This document shows, piece by piece, positions 1-9,484 of a stretch of DNA of 64,000 nucleotides. The position numbers and the translations under genes are program-made. This DNA comes from Candidatus Latescibacterota bacterium (GTDB taxonomy: Bacteria > Latescibacterota > UBA2968). The DNA is taken from assembly GCA_965222605.1 (NCBI GenBank), contig OZ244960.1, positions 5,120,001-5,184,000 on the forward strand, written 5' to 3'. The notes under the pieces were generated by a model. It worked only from the letters and a program-made list of their open reading frames with translations, did no database searches and was not told where the DNA came from. Numbering within the stretch: the first letter of the stretch is position 1; each line of letters starts with the position of its first letter.

Positions 1-2
1 CT

Positions 3-1472
3 CAGGCGGGGTGCTTTATTTCAAGCCCGGGTGCGTGGTGGGTCGATTTCCCCGAATTGAGGGACGATTTCTACAGATACACCGGTGCCGACAACTACGA
101 CGGTCCGGCCGAATACGCTGACCTGAAGCTCAGCTACCATTACGACGGGGACGCGCCTTCTACTTTGTGGAATGACGTTGGTGGACCCTACGTTTCGGCG
201 CGTCACCATTCACTGTTCAAAGGCACGGCGCGAATCGATGGAGAACTGACAGACTTCCAGTACTTTGGGTTTGCCCCTCTGGATTATACCCCACCCTTTA
301 CAAACGATTCGGAAAACTACGTTGCGCCAAAAGTCGCGGATCAGCCGGTGTCGGTAAAGTGGTGGGAAATCTTCAGCAGAAATAACTTCACATACCCGGA
401 TCCCAGTAATGATGGTGATGAGCAACTGTGGAATAAACTCGTCGAAGACCAGAGAATCCAATCCAATCCCACCGACATCGGTGATTACGCCCACAGTTAC
501 ACGTATGGACCATACGATATTGGTCCTGGTGAAAAAGTGAAAATCGTGGCGGTTTTTGCCGGGGGAACAGCTGCCGACGCCAAGGGTACGGGCATCATCG
601 AATGGGCGCAAACGGGCAATCAAGACGAGGTTTCTCTGGGCCGGGAGGCCCTCGTGGATCATGTGCGCCGTGCTCAATTCGCCTACGATAGCGGCTACGA
701 TCTGCCCGACCCGCCTCCGGATGTGCGATTTTCAGTGGGAAATAGCGAACGTGGGCAGGTTCTCCTCACATGGCCAGATAATGCCGATCGCGCGTTGGAT
801 CCTGACTATCGCGAGGCCGATGTAAGAGCCTACCGGGTCTATAGTTCAGGGACCAGGGAAGCGGGGCCTTACAAGTTGCTGAAAGAGATTCCCGTGGGGG
901 ATGCCGCTCATTTGAGTGGCGGCATCTATTCCTTCGAGGATGAGACTTCCGCTCCCGGCTTCAACTACTGGTACTCGGTTCGCACGGTCGATTCTGGGCA
1001 TTCATCCTGGACTAATAACAACGGTACCAAGACGCTTGCCGACCTGCCCGACAAGGTGCGGCAGAATGTTCAGAGTGGCATGGAAAGCGGGCATTCTTCG
1101 CCTGAGCAGCGGATGCAGGTCTTCACCAGTCCCAAGATCCCCGCAACTGCTAACAAAGACAATTTCGACGATGAAATCCTGGTTGTGCCCAATCCCTATC
1201 GGGATGATGGCACACACAGATATCCGGGATCCAGAAAGATTCGATTTACAAATATCCCCAGAAAGGCCCATATCAAGATCTATTCTCCATCTGGAGACCT
1301 GATCTGGACGATCAATCACGATTCGCCCCTGGGAGAGGCAGAATGGAATCAGGCGCCGCGATCCTTCGCGAGACCAGAGGTGCCATCGGGCATCTACTTC
1401 TACTCTGTGGAATCTCTTGTGGAATCTTCAAAAGGACAGATACGATTCGGTTCGTTTGTAATCATCAAATAG
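3..1472 (+). CDS. 5'-truncated secreted protein with FN3-like domain and C-terminal FlgD-Ig/T9SS-type sorting domain
   Basis: Frame is open from position 3 (QAGCFISSPGAWWVDFPELRDDF...). It has an FN3-like segment (PPPDV..VLLTWP..YRVY..F.D.....GFNYWYSVRTVD) and a CTD (VVPNPY..IRFTNIP..IKIYSPSGDLI..W...VPSGIYFYSVES..GSFVIIK). Confidence 0.8.
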   Translation, partial: QAGCFISSPGAWWVDFPELRDDFYRYTGADNYDGPAEYADLKLSYHYDGDAPSTLWNDVGGPYVSARHHSLFKGTARIDGELTDFQYFGFAPLDYTPPFTNDSENYVAPKVADQPVSVKWWEIFSRNNFTYPDPSNDGDEQLWNKLVEDQRIQSNPTDIGDYAHSYTYGPYDIGPGEKVKIVAVFAGGTAADAKGTGIIEWAQTGNQDEVSLGREALVDHVRRAQFAYDSGYDLPDPPPDVRFSVGNSERGQVLLTWPDNADRALDPDYREADVRAYRVYSSGTREAGPYKLLKEIPVGDAAHLSGGIYSFEDETSAPGFNYWYSVRTVDSGHSSWTNNNGTKTLADLPDKVRQNVQSGMESGHSSPEQRMQVFTSPKIPATANKDNFDDEILVVPNPYRDDGTHRYPGSRKIRFTNIPRKAHIKIYSPSGDLIWTINHDSPLGEAEWNQAPRSFARPEVPSGIYFYSVESLVESSKGQIRFGSFVIIK

Positions 1473-1488
1473 TCTAAGGAGCTTTGCT

Positions 1489-2475
1489 ATGATGACCAGG
1501 ATATACGCATCAATCTGCGCATTCGCGATTGCTATTTCGCTCCAATCTCCCGCCTATGGGCAGTTTATAGAGATCGAGGACGAGGACATTTACTCCTCAA
1601 CCGCTGCTTCGCGAATTGGGCTCACGGGGTTCGGGTTTTTGAAGATTTCACAAGGCGCGCGGTCTGCGGGAATGGGGGATGCGTACACGGCCATATCCAA
1701 CGATATCAATGCGGCATTCAAGAACCCTGCCGGTCTGACCCATATGAAACGGATCGAGTACGTGTTCTCTTACAACCGGTGGTTGGTAAACAGCACGGTT
1801 GCCTCCGGCGCTGTTGCGGCGAATACGCCGTATGGCGTGGTGGGCGTCACCTTTATAGGTTTCTACCCTGAGAAGAGCAAGGAAACCACCATACTCCAGC
1901 CGCTCGGAACGGGGGAGATGGTGAATGCTGGGGATGTCGCCATCGGATTTCTTTACGCGAAGAAAATGACCGATAAGCTCTCTTTCGGCGTTCACGGTCG
2001 CTGGATTCAGGAAACCCTGCACGACAAGAATATTGCCAGTTATGATGTCTCTCTCGGCACGCTATTCTACACGGGATTTGGCTCCAGCAGGTTGGCGATG
2101 ACATTGCAGAATTTCGGCAAAGACATAACGCCAGAAGCGGTCACTTTCGCCACGCCAATGGTCTTCAATATCGCCGCTGCTATGGAGGTTTATGGAAAGG
2201 CGGAAGACCCCACCTATCTCACAGCCGCAGTCGATTTCAGCTATGCCACTGATTTTGGTGAGCGGCTACATTTTGGCGGTGAGTTCTGGGTCGCAAGAGT
2301 ACTCGTGCTTCGAGCCGGATACAAGACCAATTACGACATCGAGAGTTATTCACTTGGTGCCGGTGTTCGCGTGAACTATTCGGATGGTAGGCAGGTCTCT
2401 GTCGATTTTGCCTATTCGGCGATTGACGGTGGCTTCGATGCTCCGCTGCGCGTGTCTCTGAGCGGGAGTTTTTAG
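1489..2475 (+). CDS. PorV/PorQ-family (FadL-like) outer-membrane beta-barrel protein
   Basis: AAGGAG RBS, signal peptide, FLKISQGARSAGMGDAYTA..D......NPAGL motif, alternating beta strands and a terminal Phe (SLSGSF). Confidence 0.85.
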   Translation: MMTRIYASICAFAIAISLQSPAYGQFIEIEDEDIYSSTAASRIGLTGFGFLKISQGARSAGMGDAYTAISNDINAAFKNPAGLTHMKRIEYVFSYNRWLVNSTVASGAVAANTPYGVVGVTFIGFYPEKSKETTILQPLGTGEMVNAGDVAIGFLYAKKMTDKLSFGVHGRWIQETLHDKNIASYDVSLGTLFYTGFGSSRLAMTLQNFGKDITPEAVTFATPMVFNIAAAMEVYGKAEDPTYLTAAVDFSYATDFGERLHFGGEFWVARVLVLRAGYKTNYDIESYSLGAGVRVNYSDGRQVSVDFAYSAIDGGFDAPLRVSLSGSF

Positions 2476-2536
2476 ACCGAGCAAATCAGGAGAAGGGCCT
2501 GCGAAGAACTCCTTTCAAAGGATTGCGAGGAGATAT

Positions 2537-4525
2537 TTGTCCTCTCTGCAAGATCCCATCGTTAGCCATCCAGTGCCTTCCGCCGCAGAGGAGCGGGGAA
2601 TCACGTTGCGTTCGTTTCTGATTGGGTTGGGTGTGGTCTGTCTGGTCAACCTGTGGGTCACGTGGTCGGATTTAATGATCCATTCCTCAGCCTGGAATCT
2701 GAGCCACTTCCCCATAGTGAATTTCATTCCGTTTGTCATCCTCACAGTCTTATCATCGGTTTCAAACAGGTTGTTTGGTTCGCGCTGGTCTTTTTCATCT
2801 GCCGAACTCGCCACCATTCTGGCCATGGGGCTGGTGGGCAGCGTCGTGCCGACCAACGGATTTATGGGATATGTGATCGGCATTTTGGCCATGCCGTATT
2901 ACCTGGCCACCCCCGAGAATGGTTGGGCGCTCTATTTTCACCCCCACCTTGCCGACTGGATGGCGCCGCGAAATGAAAACGACGCCGTGCGCTACTTTTT
3001 CGAAGGCCTACCCAAAGGTGCGCACATCCCCTGGGAAACCTGGGCAAGCCCGCTTTTCTGGTGGCTCACATTTGCAGCGTCGATCACGCTGATCTCGGCC
3101 TGCACGGTTGTCATTTTGCGCAAGCAATGGACGGAGAACGAACGGCTCGATTATCCCATCATCAGCGTAGGCATCGACATGGCGCTGCGCTCGAATCCCC
3201 GGAACTGGCTGCCGGAATACATGAAAGGCAAGCTGTTCTGGGGTGGTTTTTCGGTCGCCTGCGGAATCGTTTGTTGGAATATTCCCAGTTACTTCGTACC
3301 CGGCCTGCCCGAATTCCCTCTACTTTATAGGTGGTTTACGCTGGCCGCTGGTTTTCCCACAATTGATTTTCATATCAGTTTTTTTGCACTGGCTTTTGCA
3401 TTTTTTGCCAGGCTTGAAGCCCTGTTCAGCGTCTGGTTCTTCTTCCTGATTTTTCTAATCCAGAGCGCGGTATTCAACCGATTCGGATTCACCATCGGCA
3501 CCTCGGGAGATCCCTGGTCTTCCCACAACCCCGCTGTTGGCTGGCAAAGCTGGGGGTCTCTCTGCTTCATCGTGGCCTGGGGGATCTGGGTTGCTCGTCA
3601 TCATCTACGCGACGTGTTTTCCAAGGCCATCTGGGGGGCACCAGGTGAGGGCAGCACTGAAGAGATGATGTCTTACCGGATGGCTCTTACCGGCCTGATC
3701 AGCGGACTGGTTTATGCCATTGGATTTCTGTACTGTGCGGGCATGAGCTATACCATGGCCTTCGCGCTCTTGCTTTCCACGCTCATCGGCTACCTGGGTG
3801 TATCCCGCATCTTAGTGGAAACCGGGTTGCTCTACGTGGTCGTACCGGTAACGGGTCAGTCCTCCACCGTATATTTTCTGGGATCGCGTGGCCTGCCGGA
3901 ATCCTCGATGACAGCCATGGTATTCACCTACATCCTCGTCACGAGGGGCGCCGGTATGTTCATGCCTTCGCTGACCCATCTGGGCAAGCTCGCAGACCGG
4001 ATTCCCCAGATTCGAAAGCGTCTGATCTACGCGCTTGGTGCCTCAATCGCGAGCGGCGTTCTGGTTGCCGCCATTGTAACCCTGTACCTGGGTTACACGA
4101 AGGGGGCATACAACTTCAACGTATGGGTGTTGGGCGGGGGCGGCAGTCAGCGGCCTTTCATCGATACGCTGGTCAAGATGCAGTCGCCATTCACAACAGA
4201 CTGGTATCGCATCTTCTTTTTTTCATTCGGGGCGCTGGTCTCGGCCGTGCTGGTGGCTTTGCGCTACCGCTTTCCCTGGTGGCCCCTTTCTCCTATCGGA
4301 TTTCCTCTGGCCACTTCCTGGCCCATGCGCAGAGTCGGGTTCACCATCTTTCTGGCCTGGTTCATCAAGGCCACCATCATGAAACTGGGAGGTGCCGTGC
4401 TCTATCGCCGGTGCCAGCCCTTTGCAGTCGGGCTTCTGGTCGGTTGGGCAGCCGGAGTCGGCATCTCTTTCGTGGTTGACATCTTCTACTTTCCCGGCAA
4501 CGGACACGGGATTCACTCGTATTGA
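2537..4525 (+). CDS. Multi-pass membrane protein, DUF6785/DUF6784-type putative transporter (copy 1)
   Basis: 662 aa, many hydrophobic helices. Motifs G(I/L)TLRS, ELATI..M, PYY.ATPEN.W, LRKQW...ERL.YP, RI..ETG, RYRFPWWPL.PIGF, K.GG..LYRR.QP. TTG start is uncertain. Confidence 0.75.
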   Translation: MSSLQDPIVSHPVPSAAEERGITLRSFLIGLGVVCLVNLWVTWSDLMIHSSAWNLSHFPIVNFIPFVILTVLSSVSNRLFGSRWSFSSAELATILAMGLVGSVVPTNGFMGYVIGILAMPYYLATPENGWALYFHPHLADWMAPRNENDAVRYFFEGLPKGAHIPWETWASPLFWWLTFAASITLISACTVVILRKQWTENERLDYPIISVGIDMALRSNPRNWLPEYMKGKLFWGGFSVACGIVCWNIPSYFVPGLPEFPLLYRWFTLAAGFPTIDFHISFFALAFAFFARLEALFSVWFFFLIFLIQSAVFNRFGFTIGTSGDPWSSHNPAVGWQSWGSLCFIVAWGIWVARHHLRDVFSKAIWGAPGEGSTEEMMSYRMALTGLISGLVYAIGFLYCAGMSYTMAFALLLSTLIGYLGVSRILVETGLLYVVVPVTGQSSTVYFLGSRGLPESSMTAMVFTYILVTRGAGMFMPSLTHLGKLADRIPQIRKRLIYALGASIASGVLVAAIVTLYLGYTKGAYNFNVWVLGGGGSQRPFIDTLVKMQSPFTTDWYRIFFFSFGALVSAVLVALRYRFPWWPLSPIGFPLATSWPMRRVGFTIFLAWFIKATIMKLGGAVLYRRCQPFAVGLLVGWAAGVGISFVVDIFYFPGNGHGIHSY

Positions 4526-4537
4526 AAGAGAGGCATT

Positions 4538-5905
4538 ATGGCAAATTCAATAGAAATCGGTATCGCGCGTGCCGACATCACCCCTGCGGTGGGCATACCC
4601 ATGGTCGGTTTTGCTGGACGAGGATCTTCGACGCGTGTAAACGACCCGTTGTACGCTACGGCCATGGCTGTTTCCTGTGCGGGGGAGCAAGCCGTATTGA
4701 TCGCTTTGGATCTCCTTCAGTTTAAGGCGGAAACGGTTGCCGAGTTTCGCGCACTCATCCAGGCCGCATCGGGAATCTCCGCTGATCGGATTATCCTGGC
4801 ATGCAGCCACACCCATTACGGGCCTGATATCGATCGCGCAGGTAAGCAAACCTCATCGCCGGGACCGGGTCCAGCCGAAGCCTCTGAGTTGGTCGATGCC
4901 TATCGGATTCATCTCGGATTCAAACTGGCGGGTCTGGTACAGGAGGCACAGCAAAATTTGAAGCCAGCGCGAATGGGTATCGGCTGGGGCAGTTCCGACA
5001 TCGGTATTAACCGCAGGGAGAAGACCCCTGATGGGCGGATTATTCTCGGCAACAACTACGACGGGCCTGTTGACCGCGAGGTCGGCATTGCGCGGATTGA
5101 AGATACAGAGGGAAATCCCATCGCTTGTCTGGTCAATTTTGCGACGCATCCCGTTGCACAGACTTCTCAGCAACGCGCCATTTCCGCCGGGTTTCCCGGA
5201 AAGATGGCCCGCGTGGTAGAGAATCTCACTGGCGCGTATTGTCTTTTTCTACAGGGGGCGGCAGGAAATATCAATCCATCTGCCGGATTCCGGATTCCAG
5301 ATCAGCGGCCCGAAGACCTCCACAAACCGTCGGACAGCCTGGGGATTCGACTGGGCTGCGAAGCGGTACGCGTGTGGGAAACCATCACAGTCGGCGAGTC
5401 CCAGGGCTTGAATATCGCTTCAAAAACCATAAGTCTGCCTCGCTACATGTACGGCGACTTAAAAAGCGCAAAACAGCTCGATGGGGAATTTGCTCATGAG
5501 TTGGAAACGAGAAATCTCTCAGAAGGGCAGCGATATTGGACAGAGCTGAGGCAAAGTCGGGTGCGGGAAGCGATTAGAAGCCATCAGACGGGGGTTCCTC
5601 TCGATCCCGTTGAGGCGGAATTGCAGACATGGCGAATCGGCGATCTCGCCTTTGTGACTGCACCGGCGGAGATTTTTACTGAAAATGGCACGCTTGTGAA
5701 AAATCAATCTTCGTTCGATCACACTTTCTTCGTGGGCTATGCCAATGGCTCCATTGGGTATGTACCTACCGTGGATGCCTACCCCGAGGGGGGGTACGAA
5801 GTCACCCACGCCTGCCAGGTTGACCCCGAGGCGGGCGGTATGATCAACGAGAATTGCCTGGCACTGCTCCGGCAGCATAGCGAAGGAGATTTATATGGCA
5901 AATAG
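4538..5905 (+). CDS. Neutral/alkaline ceramidase-like Zn amidohydrolase (copy 1)
   Basis: G.ARADITP, DPLYA, SHTHYGP, INRR, GPVD, NFATHP, FLQGAAGNINP, PAEIF, GYANG..GY.P...Y..GGYE. Confidence 0.8.
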   Translation: MANSIEIGIARADITPAVGIPMVGFAGRGSSTRVNDPLYATAMAVSCAGEQAVLIALDLLQFKAETVAEFRALIQAASGISADRIILACSHTHYGPDIDRAGKQTSSPGPGPAEASELVDAYRIHLGFKLAGLVQEAQQNLKPARMGIGWGSSDIGINRREKTPDGRIILGNNYDGPVDREVGIARIEDTEGNPIACLVNFATHPVAQTSQQRAISAGFPGKMARVVENLTGAYCLFLQGAAGNINPSAGFRIPDQRPEDLHKPSDSLGIRLGCEAVRVWETITVGESQGLNIASKTISLPRYMYGDLKSAKQLDGEFAHELETRNLSEGQRYWTELRQSRVREAIRSHQTGVPLDPVEAELQTWRIGDLAFVTAPAEIFTENGTLVKNQSSFDHTFFVGYANGSIGYVPTVDAYPEGGYEVTHACQVDPEAGGMINENCLALLRQHSEGDLYGK

Positions 5906-7367
5906 ACCCAATATCCTGGTGATCATGTCCGATCAGCACAGCAAATTCCACATCGGATGTTATGGCGATGAAGTGGTTCGAACCCCGCATATGGACCGGC
6001 TTGCCGCCGAAGGCATACGGTTCAACAACGCCTATTGTGCAGCGCCGCTTTGCGTACCCAGCCGGATGGCTTTTATGACATCCAGAACGCCCACCGCGAA
6101 TCGCGTCTGGACAAATAGTCACATCCTCTCTTCCGCCATTCCCACCTGGGCACATGGCATGGGCGCAGCCGGCTATGAAACTGCTCTGATCGGCCGGATG
6201 CACTTTATTGGATCGGATCAGCGGCACGGATTCGAACGACGGCCGATCGGCGAACACGGCGCGCACCATCCGGGGGCACGCCGGAAAGGCGCCCCTCTAT
6301 TCCGCAAGATGCCCCTGGGAGTATCTGGGCAGAGCCGCGTAAGTGTAGAATACGCCGGATACGGGTTGTGTACCTATCAGGCCTATGATGACATGGTCGT
6401 TGCTTCTGCCCTCGATTATCTGGATGAAAAGGCTCAAGATAGGGGGGATCGCCCGTTTGCCGCCGTGGCTGGTTTTGTTTTGCCACACTGCCCTTATATC
6501 GCGGCCACAAAGGAACTTTTTGAATATTATTACGACCGGGTAGATGTTCCACAGCCAACGCCTGAAGAGGCACAGAGAGCACCTGCGGCCATTCGCAAGC
6601 TGAAACGCCTGCGCGATCTGGATCATCCGCTTCCCGAAGAACGCATTCGCGTGGCCCGGGCAGCCTATTTTGCCATGTGTGAGTATTTTGACAGCATCGT
6701 CGGCCAGATGCTCCAGAAGCTGGATGAGACGGGGCTGGCCGAAAACACGCTGGTCATCTACTGCTCTGACCACGGCGAAATGGCCGGAGAACACGGACTG
6801 TGGTCCAAAAGCAATTACTACGAAGCCTCTGTTTCCGTGCCCCTCATTGCCCGTTTGCCCGGGGTCATCCCAATGGGTGGAATCAGCGATAGCATCTGCA
6901 ACCTCATGGATATTGGACCGACCCTGATCGAGATGGCTGGCGCTACTCCCATGCCTGCTACCGATGGACGTTCGCTGTGGCCCCAGATGTGCGGAGAGAA
7001 CGATCCGAACTGGGTCGATGAAACCTTCAGCGAACATCTCTGGGAAGCCAACGAAGTGCCTTCGAGAATGATTCGAAGCGGTCCGTGGAAGCTTTACAAG
7101 TACAACGAACCCACCCCTCCAGCGCTCTTTAACCTGAAAGAAGACCCCGGAGAACTCAATGACCTGGGTCTGGACACGCGGCACCAGGATGTCCGAGAGA
7201 AGCTCTTGAAACGCCTCTACGAAGATTGGGATCCCGCAGGTATTATCAATGAAACAGCTATTCTGGACCGGGATTATCGTGTCATTTCGGCATGGGGCCA
7301 GGCCGTCCAGCCCATACACGAAGACACTGTAGCCGTGCCGGATGTGGAAGATATAGAACTTCGATAG
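5895..7367 (+). CDS. Cys-type formylglycine-dependent sulfatase (S1, choline-sulfatase-like)
   Basis: PNILVIMSDQH, TPHMDRLA, CVPSR catalytic motif, G(R)MHF, PH.PY, SDHGEMAGEHGLW.K. Start overlaps the upstream stop. Confidence 0.9.
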   Translation: MANRPNILVIMSDQHSKFHIGCYGDEVVRTPHMDRLAAEGIRFNNAYCAAPLCVPSRMAFMTSRTPTANRVWTNSHILSSAIPTWAHGMGAAGYETALIGRMHFIGSDQRHGFERRPIGEHGAHHPGARRKGAPLFRKMPLGVSGQSRVSVEYAGYGLCTYQAYDDMVVASALDYLDEKAQDRGDRPFAAVAGFVLPHCPYIAATKELFEYYYDRVDVPQPTPEEAQRAPAAIRKLKRLRDLDHPLPEERIRVARAAYFAMCEYFDSIVGQMLQKLDETGLAENTLVIYCSDHGEMAGEHGLWSKSNYYEASVSVPLIARLPGVIPMGGISDSICNLMDIGPTLIEMAGATPMPATDGRSLWPQMCGENDPNWVDETFSEHLWEANEVPSRMIRSGPWKLYKYNEPTPPALFNLKEDPGELNDLGLDTRHQDVREKLLKRLYEDWDPAGIINETAILDRDYRVISAWGQAVQPIHEDTVAVPDVEDIELR

Positions 7368-7395
7368 ATGGTGAATTCAAATTAAGTGTGATCAC

Positions 7396-9384
7396 GTGTC
7401 CCAACCATTAGAAACTCGACGCGACCGACAAGATCAGGTGCCCGACTCTTCTCGATATAGGGGGTTGACCCTTCGCTCGGTACTCATTGGGCTTTGCGTT
7501 GCTGGTCTGGCCAACTTCTGGGTGACCTGGTCCGACTACGTCATACATTCCTCGACATGGAACCTGAGCCATTTTCCGATGGTCAACTTCATCCTCTTTC
7601 TATTGTTGACCGTCTTTTCCGCTGTGGCCGGACGAGTGCTTGGCCCCCGGTTTGCGCTTGCACCTTCGGAATTGGCAACAATAATGAGCATGGGGCTGGT
7701 CGGCAGCGTCGTGCCCACCAACGGATTTATCGGATATGTTCTCGGCATTCTGGCGACGCCGTATTATCTGGCGACGCCGGAAAACGGATGGGGAATCTAT
7801 TACCATCCCTACATTCCCGATTGGATGGTGCCATCGAACTCGGGTGAATCCATGCGGTATCTCTTTGAGGGGTTGCCCGGTGGCCTGCAGATTCCATGGC
7901 AGGTCTGGATTGGTCCTCTTCTCTGGTGGCTGAGTTTTGCCGGGGGTATTGCCCTGGTCTCGGCCTGTACTGTCGTATGCTTGAGAAAACAATGGACTGA
8001 TTACGAACGCCTCGATTATCCCATCATCGGGGTGGGAACCGATATGGCAATGAGGTCGCGGGCTGTGGGTTGGTTGCCGGAATATATGCACGGCCGCATT
8101 TTCTGGGGTGGATTCGCGGTTTCTTGCGGCATCGTTTGCTGGAATATTCCAGGCTACTTCATGCCCGGTATACCTGCTTTCCCGCTCTTGCCTCAGTGGT
8201 TCACCTTTGCAACCGGTTTTCCGACGATTGATTTCCACATCAGCTTTTTTGCCTTTGCCTTCGCCTTCTTCGTCAATCTCGAGGCCCTGTTCAGCGCCTG
8301 GTTCTTTTTCTTGCTGTTCATTTTACAAAGCGGCGTCTTCAACCGGTTTGGCTACACCATAGGCACTCGTGGTGATCCCTGGTCCTCTCTAAATCCTGCA
8401 GTGGGTTGGCAAAGCTGGGGGGCGATGTGTTTTATAGTCTTCTGGGGGCTCTGGGTTGGGCGAAATCACATCAAGCAAGTCTTCTACCAGGCCTTCTGTT
8501 CCGCCCGGGCTGGTCGTTCAGAAGAAATGATGTCCTACCGCATAGCTATTTTCGGGTTGGTCTTCGGTCTCGTCTATGTGATCGGCTTTCTGCACCATGC
8601 GGGAATGAGCTATAAGATGGCTGTTATCCTGATTTGCTGTACTCTCGTCGGATACCTTGGTGTTGCCCGTATCGTAGCCGAGACAGGCCTTCTTTATGTC
8701 GTCGTACCGGTGACGGGCCAGTCGGCTACCATATACCTTCTGGGGTCATATGGTATGCCTCCGGAAAGCATGACGTCCATGGTCTTCACCTATATGCTCG
8801 TTACCCGGGGCGCAGCTATGTTTATGCCCTCGTTCACGCAAATGGGCAAACTCGCGGATCGAATTCCCCAGATTCGACGAGGACTGATGCCGGCACTGGG
8901 TGGTGCAATCGTCGCCGGGGTCGTGATTTCCATTGTGGTTACCTTCTATCTGGGATACAGCCAGGGCGCCTACAACTTCAACACCTGGGTATTCGGTCTG
9001 GGAAGTCAGGTTCCCTTTATCGACACACTCACGAAAATCCGAACGCCCTTCTCCACGGACTGGAATCGCCTTTTTTTCTTTGGAATCGGAGTGGCTGTCT
9101 CTGCCTTGTTGACCTTTCTGCGTTACAGGTTTCCATGGTGGCCCCTTTCTCCGATCGGCTTTCCGCTTTCCACCTCCTGGCCAATGCGGAGGATCGGGTT
9201 CACAATTTTTCTGGCCTGGTTGGTAAAGGCGCTGGTTATGAAGATCGGAGGCGTTGTCCTCTACAGGCGATTTCAGCCCTTTGCACTGGGCCTGGTTGTC
9301 GGTTGGGCCGTCGGTGTGGGAATATCTTTTGTGGTAGATATCATCTGGTTTCCCGGTCAAGGACACAGGATTCACTGGTATTGA
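7396..9384 (+). CDS. Multi-pass membrane protein, DUF6785/DUF6784-type putative transporter (copy 2)
   Basis: 662 aa paralog of 2537..4525 with long identical stretches (MGLVGSVVPTNGF, FPTIDFHISFFA, ETGLLYVVVPVTGQS, RYRFPWWPLSPIGFPL). Confidence 0.75.
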   Translation: MSQPLETRRDRQDQVPDSSRYRGLTLRSVLIGLCVAGLANFWVTWSDYVIHSSTWNLSHFPMVNFILFLLLTVFSAVAGRVLGPRFALAPSELATIMSMGLVGSVVPTNGFIGYVLGILATPYYLATPENGWGIYYHPYIPDWMVPSNSGESMRYLFEGLPGGLQIPWQVWIGPLLWWLSFAGGIALVSACTVVCLRKQWTDYERLDYPIIGVGTDMAMRSRAVGWLPEYMHGRIFWGGFAVSCGIVCWNIPGYFMPGIPAFPLLPQWFTFATGFPTIDFHISFFAFAFAFFVNLEALFSAWFFFLLFILQSGVFNRFGYTIGTRGDPWSSLNPAVGWQSWGAMCFIVFWGLWVGRNHIKQVFYQAFCSARAGRSEEMMSYRIAIFGLVFGLVYVIGFLHHAGMSYKMAVILICCTLVGYLGVARIVAETGLLYVVVPVTGQSATIYLLGSYGMPPESMTSMVFTYMLVTRGAAMFMPSFTQMGKLADRIPQIRRGLMPALGGAIVAGVVISIVVTFYLGYSQGAYNFNTWVFGLGSQVPFIDTLTKIRTPFSTDWNRLFFFGIGVAVSALLTFLRYRFPWWPLSPIGFPLSTSWPMRRIGFTIFLAWLVKALVMKIGGVVLYRRFQPFALGLVVGWAVGVGISFVVDIIWFPGQGHRIHWY

Positions 9385-9484
9385 GAGAGGCTTTTTGTCG
9401 ATCTAATCTATTTGCACACTGTAGGCTACAGGATAGTAGATATTCAAAAACTGAACTTCGACTGATCTATTGGAGTGAGAATCT

